Source of the DNA: Escherichia virus TH29
Direction: 5' to 3' (one strand)
Sequence record: MT446403.1
DNA length: 53,648 nucleotides
The notes below the pieces were generated by a model. The model had not been told where the DNA came from. It saw nothing but the letters and a program-made list of their open reading frames with translations, and searched no databases. Below are positions 8,592 through 17,021 of this stretch, piece by piece. Position 1 is the stretch's first letter; each line of letters starts with the position of its first letter. The position numbers and the translations under genes were made by a program.

Positions 8592-8609
8592 CAATATTGT
8601 CACAATATT
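8592..8609. repeat. Second exact copy of CAATATTG-tca-CAATATT
   Basis: Identical 18-mer to 8343-8360. Confidence 0.5.
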
Positions 8610-8983
8610 TGTTGCTCAAATTCGGGTGCGGCTACGAGACTAATCTCGATGCTTTGCTCCGACTCTTCTCTTCTTTCGAATTCTGATTGAAAGAAAGAAG
8701 CATGTCCAAAAGTTCCAGTCTTGCCAAAGTTATCTCCCGGCTTGTGGGTGGGCCTTGATAATAGGAGAATACAATATTGGAACAATTGGTCATGCTTGTA
8801 TTGAAGAACAGTTTCGAATGATAATCCTACTTCACACATGGTTGTTGGAGCTTTGTCTGGCCAAAGACAGGGAGTTCAATGATTGCCACATCATTACAAC
8901 ACTGTGTGTTTAGTTGACATGCTGAAATGTTTCTAGAATGATTTCAACATGACATGCGGAATACTTCTCCGTATTCTGTTACT

Positions 8984-9000
8984 TCACATCCAACTAATGT
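8984..9000 (-). promoter_or_regulatory. Conserved motif copy tcacatCCAACTAATGT
   Basis: Just downstream (minus sense) of the RNAP terminator and upstream of the repeat-rich region. Confidence 0.45.
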
Positions 9001-9062
9001 CGAATATTGAAACAATATTACATGCAGCAATATTGCTTGAATATTGGGAATTAAAGGATTTA

Positions 9063-9109
9063 ATTAATAAAGAATAAAGAAAGGGCCATCACCTTTCGAT
9101 GACAGCCCT
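9063..9109 (-). terminator. Rho-independent terminator after the RNA polymerase gene
   Basis: Hairpin AGGGC/GCCCT plus CATC/GATG at 9082-9109, followed on the minus strand by UUCUUUAUUCUUUAUU, directly after the stop at 9117-9119. Confidence 0.6.
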
Positions 9110-9116
9110 AGGTCTA

Positions 9117-11057
9117 TTACTGGCAGAAGTAGTAAGCGTGTTCGCTCATAAGCAGCTCTTCAGTAACAATGTTCTCGTGGTACATGTTGATGCCACCAAG
9201 TTGCTTAGACAGAGATTCAAACTGGTTATTATGAACAAAGATTTCAATATAAGCAGAACGAATAACTTCCATCATTTTAGGAGCATCAGCCAAGCAGCAA
9301 CGGAAACAATCGTGAATTGAAGTAAAGCCACGAAGACCAGCTTCTTTAGCTTTGACTGCAACAGTACGAGCAACCAATGCGTCAATACCTTGAATGTAGT
9401 TAACAACGAAGGTACGCTTGAATTCTTCTTTAGTTGGATTGGACTCACGAATGGTCCAAGGCTTATTCTCCTGAATCTGACCAAAGATGACACGAGTTTG
9501 ACTATCAACACGAATGCTGAATGCATCACAAACATCACGAGATGGGAAGCAAGGCTTCATTACAACTTGACCATCAGTGTGCTTATAGGTGATGTACTCT
9601 TTGTTGAGTTCAACACAACGAGCAAATGCAGCATCAGCAGCTTTCTCAATGAACATGTTAATCTTAGCACCCAATGCGTTATGGATTGCTTCTACACACA
9701 GTTCAGCAAATGCCTCAGCTTTCTCCATAGGAATCTGGAGCGCTTCTGTCATGTATGCAATGAAGTCAGAAGAACCAGTTAATGCAGCTTTACCACCACC
9801 ATATTGGATAGCCATGTATGGAGTTTTGATAAACTTACGACCAGCTTTCGGATTCAAGAATTCATCCATAATTTCAGCGGATGGTTTCATTGAAGAACGG
9901 TCTAATAACTTCAACAGTTCACGGAGAGATAACTGGTATGGGTCAGATGCTTTAGTCTCAGAATCAACCAGACCTGTAGCACGAGCCATTTCCATGTTAC
10001 CAGCAATGAATGCCAGATATTGAGTACCAGAACATTTAGCATCTAAGCCAAAGCCTACACGAGAATCACACTCACCTGTAGTCTCAAACTTGAACCAATC
10101 CAGAGCCAGACGAACATAAGTGAATGGCTTAGAAGGACGCTCACCTTTAGGCATGTTCAGCATACGAGCCAAAGAACCAGCAGGATTCTGTGCAACATAG
10201 GTTAAACGTTTTGCAGAAGTCCAGTCTCCACCAGCAATATCTTCCAGCTCAAGCATGAACATGTTGTATGCCAGAGTTGTTGAACCATCAGCATTAAACT
10301 TGCTCACAGTGTTCTCAACATTGTGGGAATACAGGCAACGAGCAAAGTCAGATGATTGTGGGTTAGGACCAGCACATGCTACATGATACAAACGACCACG
10401 GTTATCAGCAAAGTAGTCAGAGAACAGAGTGTCCTGACCAACCATTGCTACAGCATTGTTCCAAACATGGAGTTCAGTCTGGATTGCTTCTGGCATCTGT
10501 AAGCCACCAAATGTACGTTGTTCTAACATGGAAGAGATAACCCTAACCATTGTTGCATCAACGTGATATTCAGTATCTTGCAGGAATTCGATTGCAGCTT
10601 TCAGAGTTTTGGATGGCTTAACTTTGCCACCTTTAACGAAAGGCTTGCGACGAGATTCAGTTGTTACCTTCTCAGTGAATGGAACTGAGGTATCTTTGGT
10701 TGTAACCAGTTCAACCCATGCATCAGTCATCTGGAACGATTTGTCCTCGTTCATGGTGATGAAACCGAAGTGTTTAGCCAGACCAATCAGGTTGATAGCT
10801 GGGTCAACATAGTGCATTGACTTTAAGTCGTTGTTGTAACGGTTGGCATCAGCAATGGAAGCAGAAGCCAGTTCAACCATCGAGATAGCTGGAATAACGT
10901 CATCACGCGTGAAAGACGTCATCATCTTGAATATGGCTAAGGCAGCAATAGCACAAGTCTGAGGCTGCATATAGTTCTGCTTCTCTTTGGCACGGTATAC
11001 CAGAGCGGTGATAGCAGGGACAACAGATTTGATAGTTTGAGTAGTGATAGTAGTCAT
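9117..11057 (-). CDS. Single-subunit (T7-like) DNA-dependent RNA polymerase, compact form of about 646 aa
   Basis: Motifs align to T7 RNAP: DNRGRLYHV, LDAKCSGTQYLA (motif A), RKFIKTPYMAIQYGGG (motif B), IHDCFRCCLAD (motif C). Start set at MTTITTQ (ATG 11055-11057, GGAGA RBS), not the ORF-track TTG at 11144. Confidence 0.85.
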   Translation of the reverse strand: MTTITTQTIKSVVPAITALVYRAKEKQNYMQPQTCAIAALAIFKMMTSFTRDDVIPAISMVELASASIADANRYNNDLKSMHYVDPAINLIGLAKHFGFITMNEDKSFQMTDAWVELVTTKDTSVPFTEKVTTESRRKPFVKGGKVKPSKTLKAAIEFLQDTEYHVDATMVRVISSMLEQRTFGGLQMPEAIQTELHVWNNAVAMVGQDTLFSDYFADNRGRLYHVACAGPNPQSSDFARCLYSHNVENTVSKFNADGSTTLAYNMFMLELEDIAGGDWTSAKRLTYVAQNPAGSLARMLNMPKGERPSKPFTYVRLALDWFKFETTGECDSRVGFGLDAKCSGTQYLAFIAGNMEMARATGLVDSETKASDPYQLSLRELLKLLDRSSMKPSAEIMDEFLNPKAGRKFIKTPYMAIQYGGGKAALTGSSDFIAYMTEALQIPMEKAEAFAELCVEAIHNALGAKINMFIEKAADAAFARCVELNKEYITYKHTDGQVVMKPCFPSRDVCDAFSIRVDSQTRVIFGQIQENKPWTIRESNPTKEEFKRTFVVNYIQGIDALVARTVAVKAKEAGLRGFTSIHDCFRCCLADAPKMMEVIRSAYIEIFVHNNQFESLSKQLGGINMYHENIVTEELLMSEHAYYFCQ

Positions 11058-11124
11058 TTGTAAGTCTCCAAGATTGTGTATGATTTGAATGAAACGGATT
11101 ATAATAGCGTAGCCATTACACAAT

Positions 11125-11140
11125 TCACGTCCAACTAATA
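11125..11140 (-). promoter_or_regulatory. Conserved motif copy tcacgtCCAACTAATa
   Basis: About 70 bp upstream of the RNAP start codon. Confidence 0.45.
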
Positions 11141-11326
11141 TCACAAACCTGTGCCATTGTTAGCACAGCACAGGGACTTTGACCTTGACTCATAAGCGAA
11201 GCGCCTAACTTGGTGTTGTTTGAAAGCCGATAGGCTGCAGGAAAAAGTTGGGGCAGGGACCGTATTTAAGTCCGATAGGACGTTGGGCTTCCCCTCCCCG
11301 CCACCTCAAAAATAAAAATAATATCG

Positions 11327-11401
11327 CCACAATTCTAGTCTCGTCAATATCGTTACAATTCTAGTCTCATTAATATTGTAGCAATTCGAGTCTCATTAAT
11401 T
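11327..11401. repeat. Three tandem 24-25 bp direct repeats (iteron-like)
   Basis: ccacaattctagtctcgtcaatat / gttacaattctagtctcattaatat / gtagcaattcgagtctcattaatt, head to tail. Confidence 0.6.
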
Positions 11402-11452
11402 CCGTAACAATATTTAAATTAAAAAAAATTATATAAAAATTTTTTATAACAT
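11402..11452. promoter_or_regulatory. Strongly AT-rich tract next to the iterons, possible DNA unwinding element
   Basis: ccgtaacaatatttaaattaaaaaaaattatataaaaattttttataac is nearly pure A/T. Confidence 0.4.
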
Positions 11453-11717
11453 AGTCGGACTTCTGTTCGAACAAATTTCGGCTAGATACAGCTGACCGAT
11501 TGTGAACGAATCTATGTCTAGGTACAGTTGACCGACCATGTACCATTTGGTTTTGAATTTTACGCATTCCTAATATTACTCTTAATATTGTAGCAATATT
11601 GGGAATAAATAAATATTTAACTTACTTATTTTATTCTAGCTCAAAGAGAAACGACGCTAACGCATCGAATCTCTTCTCACATATTAACTGACAAACGTCA
11701 GCCTTCACCATATCCAA

Positions 11718-12836
11718 TCATAATTCAAATCCACCGAGTGCATTAGTATCAACTTCAGAGTCAATTTGCCCAACCAGGTAGGAACTAATCTCAGTCTCCT
11801 GTGGAGCAACCTGTACAGCATCCGAATTCAACCATGCATTAATCCACGGAATAGGATTCGTAGCATCCTTAAATGGAGCATCTAATCCAACTGCTTGCAT
11901 ACGAATATTCGTGATATATTCCACATATCCACACAGAATTTGCTTGTTTAAGCCTATCATTGAGCCATCTTTGAACAGATAATCGGCCCAATCTTTCTCT
12001 TGTTGAGCAGCATCTTCGAACAATTTCTGGCATTCTTCACGACATTCTTGAGCAATTTCGCCCATTTCTGGGTCATCTTTTCCACTCGCCAGAATATTCA
12101 ACATGTGCTGAGTTCCGGTCAAATGGAGTGCTTCATCTCGTGCAATCAGTCGAATAATCTTGGCATTTCCTTCCATTAGCTTACGTTCAGCGAAGGCAAA
12201 TGAGCAAGCAAAGCTAACATAGAAGCGAATTGCTTCCAGTGCGTTGATAGACATGAGGCATAAATAGAGCTTCTTCTTCAACTCACGAAGACTAATTTCA
12301 TGACCGACATGATTCCCTTCCCCAAACAACTGCCATAATGCAGTAAGTTGTTGGAGTTCGTCGTAATATTGGGAGATGCCAATTGCCCGTGCTTTGATAT
12401 GTTCGTTAGTTACGATTTCATCAAAGATTACGCTTGGGTCTGTAACGATGTTACGGATAATGTGAGTGTAAGAACGTGAATGGATAGTCTCGGAGAAGGA
12501 CCAAGTTTCAATCCAAGTTTCAAGCTCAGGAATGCTAACGATTGGAAGCAAAACTGTGTTAGGCCCACGTCCCTGAATGGAGTCCAGAAGGATTTGATAG
12601 CGCAAATTACTGGTGAAAATGTGCTGCTCATTTGGTGGGAGCTTCTGATAATCAATACGGTCTTGTGAAACATCCACCTCTTCTGGTCGCCAGAAGAATG
12701 ACAATTGTTTCTCAATCAACTTCTCGAATATGCCATACTTCTGCTGGTCATAGCGAGCAACGTTGACGTTCTGACCAAAGAACATTGGTTCTAATAGTTG
12801 GTTATTCTTGGTTTGTGAAAAGGTAGTGTAAGACAT
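11718..12836 (-). CDS. nrdB: Class Ia ribonucleotide reductase small subunit (NrdB), very close to enterobacterial NrdB
   Basis: 372 aa; N-terminus [22 protein letters not shown] and internal [29 protein letters not shown] are near-identical to E. coli NrdB as recalled from memory (roughly 80 percent, not computed). Confidence 0.9.
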   Translation of the reverse strand: MSYTTFSQTKNNQLLEPMFFGQNVNVARYDQQKYGIFEKLIEKQLSFFWRPEEVDVSQDRIDYQKLPPNEQHIFTSNLRYQILLDSIQGRGPNTVLLPIVSIPELETWIETWSFSETIHSRSYTHIIRNIVTDPSVIFDEIVTNEHIKARAIGISQYYDELQQLTALWQLFGEGNHVGHEISLRELKKKLYLCLMSINALEAIRFYVSFACSFAFAERKLMEGNAKIIRLIARDEALHLTGTQHMLNILASGKDDPEMGEIAQECREECQKLFEDAAQQEKDWADYLFKDGSMIGLNKQILCGYVEYITNIRMQAVGLDAPFKDATNPIPWINAWLNSDAVQVAPQETEISSYLVGQIDSEVDTNALGGFEL

Positions 12837-12838
12837 TA

Positions 12839-13399
12839 TTATTTATTTCCTAAATACTTATAAAATTTGTGTCCACCGTAGACTCCTCTTCCAGCAACTC
12901 TTTTGAAATTGCATTTCTCTGTAGCTGTGCAGAAGTGGGTGGCATCGGTTGCATCTGGAGCATCCAACAATGCGAAGTTAATTGCTACATTCATGGTGTC
13001 CCAAACCTGTTTTGATTCAGTCTTCCAATTTGTTTTAACTATGTTCTTCCATTGAGCATTCTTCTTCTTTGCTTCTCTTGTCCAAGCAAACTGGTTGCGT
13101 TGATAAACTACATCGCAAACGGTGTTAGCGAATGGCTTCCCGAATTTGACTCGATTACGGACGACATTAGCTACCAGAATCTTTCCATGTTTGCTTTCTC
13201 CACGAGCTTCAAACCAAATTACTTTGGCATAGCATTCTATATCTTTGCGTTGAGAAATAGATAGTTTCGGATTTCCATTTAAATAGGATTGACTTGCAAA
13301 TTCTGTAATAGTGGCGTTCACTGCCCCAGCCGAAGCTGGGACATTTGCGTGAAACAGACTCACCAACAGAAATGCAAGAACTTGTGCTGAGGGCATCAT
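12839..13399 (-). CDS. SleB-like cell-wall hydrolase with N-terminal signal peptide, probable endolysin
   Basis: 186 aa; signal-like [24 protein letters not shown] and [29 protein letters not shown] typical of the SleB/Hydrolase_2 family. Confidence 0.7.
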   Translation of the reverse strand: MMPSAQVLAFLLVSLFHANVPASAGAVNATITEFASQSYLNGNPKLSISQRKDIECYAKVIWFEARGESKHGKILVANVVRNRVKFGKPFANTVCDVVYQRNQFAWTREAKKKNAQWKNIVKTNWKTESKQVWDTMNVAINFALLDAPDATDATHFCTATEKCNFKRVAGRGVYGGHKFYKYLGNK

Positions 13400-13414
13400 A
13401 GTTCCTTGTTTGCA

Positions 13415-13756
13415 TTATTTGGCCTTCTTAAACCAATTGAGTGGGTTGAGTTGTTTGATTGCAGCAGTGAAGCAATCTCGAATTGTGGTAATGATTAGGT
13501 TAGCCCCAATCAAACCAATCACCATTGCAGCGATTGTGGCATAGCGCGGTTCATCTTTGAATATGTCCACGAAGCCGGGGAGGGAGAAAACGAACGTACC
13601 AATGACCACACAAAGCAGAGCATCGAGAATAGCTTTCAGCAAGCCTTCCTTTTCATATGCCCCACGAATGAGTGCAGTCAATCCAGCCAGGAGTCCATGA
13701 AGAACTCCATACTGGTGCATTGCTTCCCAAACCATTTGGAAAGTTTGTCTATCCAT
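13415..13756 (-). CDS. Holin-like membrane protein
   Basis: 113 aa with three hydrophobic segments and a basic C-terminus (KKAK), immediately upstream of the SleB-like hydrolase. Confidence 0.55.
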   Translation of the reverse strand: MDRQTFQMVWEAMHQYGVLHGLLAGLTALIRGAYEKEGLLKAILDALLCVVIGTFVFSLPGFVDIFKDEPRYATIAAMVIGLIGANLIITTIRDCFTAAIKQLNPLNWFKKAK

Positions 13757-14298
13757 TAGAATTCTTTCCAGTCGATTGTTTTAGTTAAGTCGAGTTGAGA
13801 AAGTTTGATACGCTTCTTCTTAAGTTCAATCAACATTTCGTTGTCAGACTTCTTAGCCATACCAAGCTCAACCATGTCAGTGAGAATACCGATTTCTTCG
13901 GTCAGTGGTGCGAGTTTCTTCTTACGCATAAACTCGTTATATTTCACACGGTTTTCTTTGTGCTCAACAAACTTCTCACCATCAAACTTCCAGAAGTGTC
14001 TGTTTTCTTCAACACCATCTGGCAGTGATTCCAGCTCAACTATGTTTCCACCGAGCGGTGTAGCCACAGTATCACCAGGACCAAAGTCAATGTGTCGGAT
14101 AGAGCCATCATTTTCGTACACAACTTTGGCTGTACCGTCTTTTAAAGATTTACGAATCTCGTACCAACATGTTCCATTCTTATCGCATCCGAATAGAATC
14201 TTGTGCTCGTCCCTGAGCACTTGTTGGCTTTCAGTCAGGTTCGTATTCTCAACAAACCCTTCATACTTACACAGAATAGCTGTCATACCATGTTCCAT
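13756..14298 (-). CDS. Hypothetical protein, possibly tail fibre assembly chaperone
   Basis: 180-aa ORF directly downstream of the distal tail-fibre gene; call is positional only. Confidence 0.35.
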   Translation of the reverse strand: MEHGMTAILCKYEGFVENTNLTESQQVLRDEHKILFGCDKNGTCWYEIRKSLKDGTAKVVYENDGSIRHIDFGPGDTVATPLGGNIVELESLPDGVEENRHFWKFDGEKFVEHKENRVKYNEFMRKKKLAPLTEEIGILTDMVELGMAKKSDNEMLIELKKKRIKLSQLDLTKTIDWKEF

Positions 14299-15619
14299 TC
14301 ATATATTTCTGGAGTTTACGACGACCAACGTAGTCGATGAATTCGTCAGCAGTTTGGTTGATTACAGCAGTGATTACCCAACCAGATTCATCTCGATACC
14401 CGTAGCCACGCCATGTGGTAGTCTCTTGGTAGGAGGCCAGGCGAATATCGCTCATGAAAGAAGCGTTTACCCAATTCTCTCGTGCAAAACGGAATGGACC
14501 ACCATTGCCAGTGTAGTCAATGTTGCCGTCATTCTGGAATGTCCAGTTGTGTACAGCACCATTATCACCACGTCGTGAGATTACAGGATTTGAGAAATCA
14601 TTATTTCTGCTGTACGCACCAAACGAAATATGGGTTCCATACCCTTGACCAGATGTTACAGTTTGGAGTGTCAAGATTGGGACCCAGGCATCTGGACCAA
14701 CTTCACAGTTGTACACTCCATAAGGGACGTGCCCATCTGTCTCTTGACCCCAACCACGGCCCCAAGTTACGCCGCGATACTGCCCATTCAGGAACAGCTT
14801 GAAGTCTGTGCCAGTTCCACGTAAAGCTAACTGATTGTATCCTTCTGCGATAATACGTGCAGTGTAGTCTAAACCAGAGTTTGCATAGTGGAAGTCGATG
14901 TATGGAATATCGTTATACAACTCTATTGCACCAACTTCTGTGATGCGGTCGCGCTGATTTACTCGTGCAAGCTCTCTCCAATCGGCCCAATTCTGCGAGG
15001 AATCAAGCGTACGACTACGAACCCAAACGTTACCATATATGGATGTATAGCGTTGCTGTACACCATATGCAGTTGGCAAAACTTCCAGTGTGCCAGCATG
15101 TGCTGCTGGATAGCCACCAGCAGAGCCAGCAACAGCATCAGACTCTTGATAATAAACACCAACATCTGACGCACCTGTAAACAGGTTAATGTTCGCGCTT
15201 CCGGCATCCTTGCAAGACATTAGGGGTTGCGCTGTGTACGACCTGCTACCAGACGGTCCGCGAGAATAGTACATGATTGGAGGTCGCGCTGCCTCACCAT
15301 GTGTTACGAGGATGGAGGCATTGCTGTTATCAGAAATTCCAAGCACAGTTATAATTACATATGCCCCACTGAACTTCCCAAGGTCCCACTTCTGTAACTC
15401 TGGTGGAACGTTTACAGCAGAGTTCATCTCAACATATAGAACTTCACCATTGGTGAATGTGTATGTATTGAAATTGAAGTTTGTTACAAATGCTGTGGTT
15501 GGAATCTGGGCATTCTTTTGTCCAACAGTGATTACTTCACCACGAGCAGTACCTGCATTTAAGAATGCAGCAGACTTTAAGGCGGCAATTAAGCCGCCAA
15601 ATGACCAACCTTTAGCCAT
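14267..15619 (-). CDS. Tail fibre / receptor-binding protein
   Basis: 450 aa, Gly/Ser/Thr/Asn/Tyr-rich, following two tail-fibre genes. Confidence 0.55.
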   Translation of the reverse strand: MAKGWSFGGLIAALKSAAFLNAGTARGEVITVGQKNAQIPTTAFVTNFNFNTYTFTNGEVLYVEMNSAVNVPPELQKWDLGKFSGAYVIITVLGISDNSNASILVTHGEAARPPIMYYSRGPSGSRSYTAQPLMSCKDAGSANINLFTGASDVGVYYQESDAVAGSAGGYPAAHAGTLEVLPTAYGVQQRYTSIYGNVWVRSRTLDSSQNWADWRELARVNQRDRITEVGAIELYNDIPYIDFHYANSGLDYTARIIAEGYNQLALRGTGTDFKLFLNGQYRGVTWGRGWGQETDGHVPYGVYNCEVGPDAWVPILTLQTVTSGQGYGTHISFGAYSRNNDFSNPVISRRGDNGAVHNWTFQNDGNIDYTGNGGPFRFARENWVNASFMSDIRLASYQETTTWRGYGYRDESGWVITAVINQTADEFIDYVGRRKLQKYMNGTWYDSYSV

Positions 15620-15629
15620 TACATTACCT

Positions 15630-17021
15630 TTATAAAGTAGAGATTTGGTTTGGTGTCATTTTGAAATCCCAAACTCGGAAGTTGCGAACAGCATAGTTTC
15701 TTGATGTTGGCTGGAAATGAATCTGAGGATACCTGCCAACACATGCAGCCGCACCATTCTGCGAGGTATTAGCAGCTACACGAACACCATCAACGTATAT
15801 TTCAAGTCCAGCGGTTGTGCTTAGGGTTGCAGCAATACGATACCAGCGATTCACTTGGTTAGGGAGGTTATAGTAAATCCAGTCACTAGCACCAGAGGCA
15901 TTTCGGTTAAGGTTAAGCTGCCCCTTGTTCTGCAAATAGAAGTCTATGTTCTCCCCATTCAATCCATTTAAGGAGAAGAATACGCCAACAGAGTCGTCAC
16001 TGCTTGGCGCACGAGGTGAGTTGGAAAGAATATCCACACAGATTGTGCAGTCTGTAAATCCGTATCCAGTACCTTCGTAAAGAGTCTCTCGAACATCCTG
16101 CCCAGCAGTTCTGTACAGGGCGCCACCATAATCGTTGTTAAAATACAGACTATCTGAGGCATTGATTGCACCCTTACCAGAGTTGATATTAAAATCGCCA
16201 ATCAAGTGCTGACAGAAATTTGGTGTAGGTACTGCATACTTTGGTTCTTCTCGCGCCTTAACTTCTGCAAATGTTGCATCAGTAATAATTCGGGAGTTGG
16301 TGTTTGTTGATACCTTGCCAACAACCGGAACACCACTGGCATCCAGCCCAATACGTTCGTCACCTGACTGCATATAAAGGCCAGCAGGACCAAACGACAA
16401 CTTAGAAGTTCCGCTTACATCGAACAGCATACCTTGCTGGAATGTAACAGGTCCGGTGTAAGTACCTCCAGCGACAGGAACAGCACCTGCCTGGGCAGCA
16501 GTTACTTTGTGAGGATTGTTCCGGTCATTGGCATGACTTGCAACAAGGGCATTATATTGAGAAATCAGCGAATCAATCTGTGCTTTGTTGTATGCACCAA
16601 TCATGTTGGCTGTCAGTCGATGTGGGTTGGAAGTGGTATCTGCGATGTGTGCAGAAATCTTGCTAACAATATCATCGTAGTCGTAACGAGATACTTGAAT
16701 AGCACTTGCAGCCCACTGCCCCAAGTTCTCACTAGGACGTAAAGTACGGCTAGGAGAACCAACAGTTGCAACATAAACAGTTCGAGTCGCATCATCCCAT
16801 ACGAGTGAACCAAGTCCATACTGAACATCGGTTCCCCATTCGAAGACACCACGCTCAGCCAGTGCTAGGAGAGTAGTGTCAGCCTTATACTGCAAATAGT
16901 TAAGAACCTGGAAGGTTGGGATTTCTGCAATCCACCCTTGAAGATACTTGGCATCCCCAGGGTCACGCCGTAGGTTGGCATTGTTTGAAGTCCAGACTCT
17001 ATTAAGTTTTGGTCTTAACAT
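15630..17021 (-). CDS. Tail fibre protein
   Basis: 463 aa with NPH-type motifs (SNPHRLTA, NNPHKVTAAQAG) and GGTYTGPVTFQ; shares motifs with 17021-18220. Confidence 0.6.
   Translation of the reverse strand: MLRPKLNRVWTSNNANLRRDPGDAKYLQGWIAEIPTFQVLNYLQYKADTTLLALAERGVFEWGTDVQYGLGSLVWDDATRTVYVATVGSPSRTLRPSENLGQWAASAIQVSRYDYDDIVSKISAHIADTTSNPHRLTANMIGAYNKAQIDSLISQYNALVASHANDRNNPHKVTAAQAGAVPVAGGTYTGPVTFQQGMLFDVSGTSKLSFGPAGLYMQSGDERIGLDASGVPVVGKVSTNTNSRIITDATFAEVKAREEPKYAVPTPNFCQHLIGDFNINSGKGAINASDSLYFNNDYGGALYRTAGQDVRETLYEGTGYGFTDCTICVDILSNSPRAPSSDDSVGVFFSLNGLNGENIDFYLQNKGQLNLNRNASGASDWIYYNLPNQVNRWYRIAATLSTTAGLEIYVDGVRVAANTSQNGAAACVGRYPQIHFQPTSRNYAVRNFRVWDFKMTPNQISTL

Noticed and set aside
8600-8839. 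ORF 8600-8839 (79 aa) as a real gene
   Set aside because: No Shine-Dalgarno, overlaps the palindromic repeat elements and has atypical composition; more likely a chance frame in the control region.
8100-9060. Possible CRISPR array suggested by many short repeats (CAATATTG palindromes, ACATGC)
   Set aside because: Repeats are short, AT-rich, partly palindromic and irregularly spaced (gaps of about 26 to 86 bp); no uniform repeat-spacer periodicity and no cas genes.
1-11140. Reading the CCAACTAATGT motif as a sigma70 promoter
   Set aside because: In gene orientation the upstream TCGACA/TGACAC resembles a -35, but no acceptable -10 hexamer sits 16-19 bp downstream in any copy.
13805-14578. Long plus-strand ORFs (e.g. 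13805-14578 257 aa, 41444-42757 437 aa, 31752-32561 269 aa)
   Set aside because: They lie antisense within well-supported minus-strand genes, have low-complexity Ser/Cys/Phe-rich composition and no recognisable motifs; treated as shadow ORFs.
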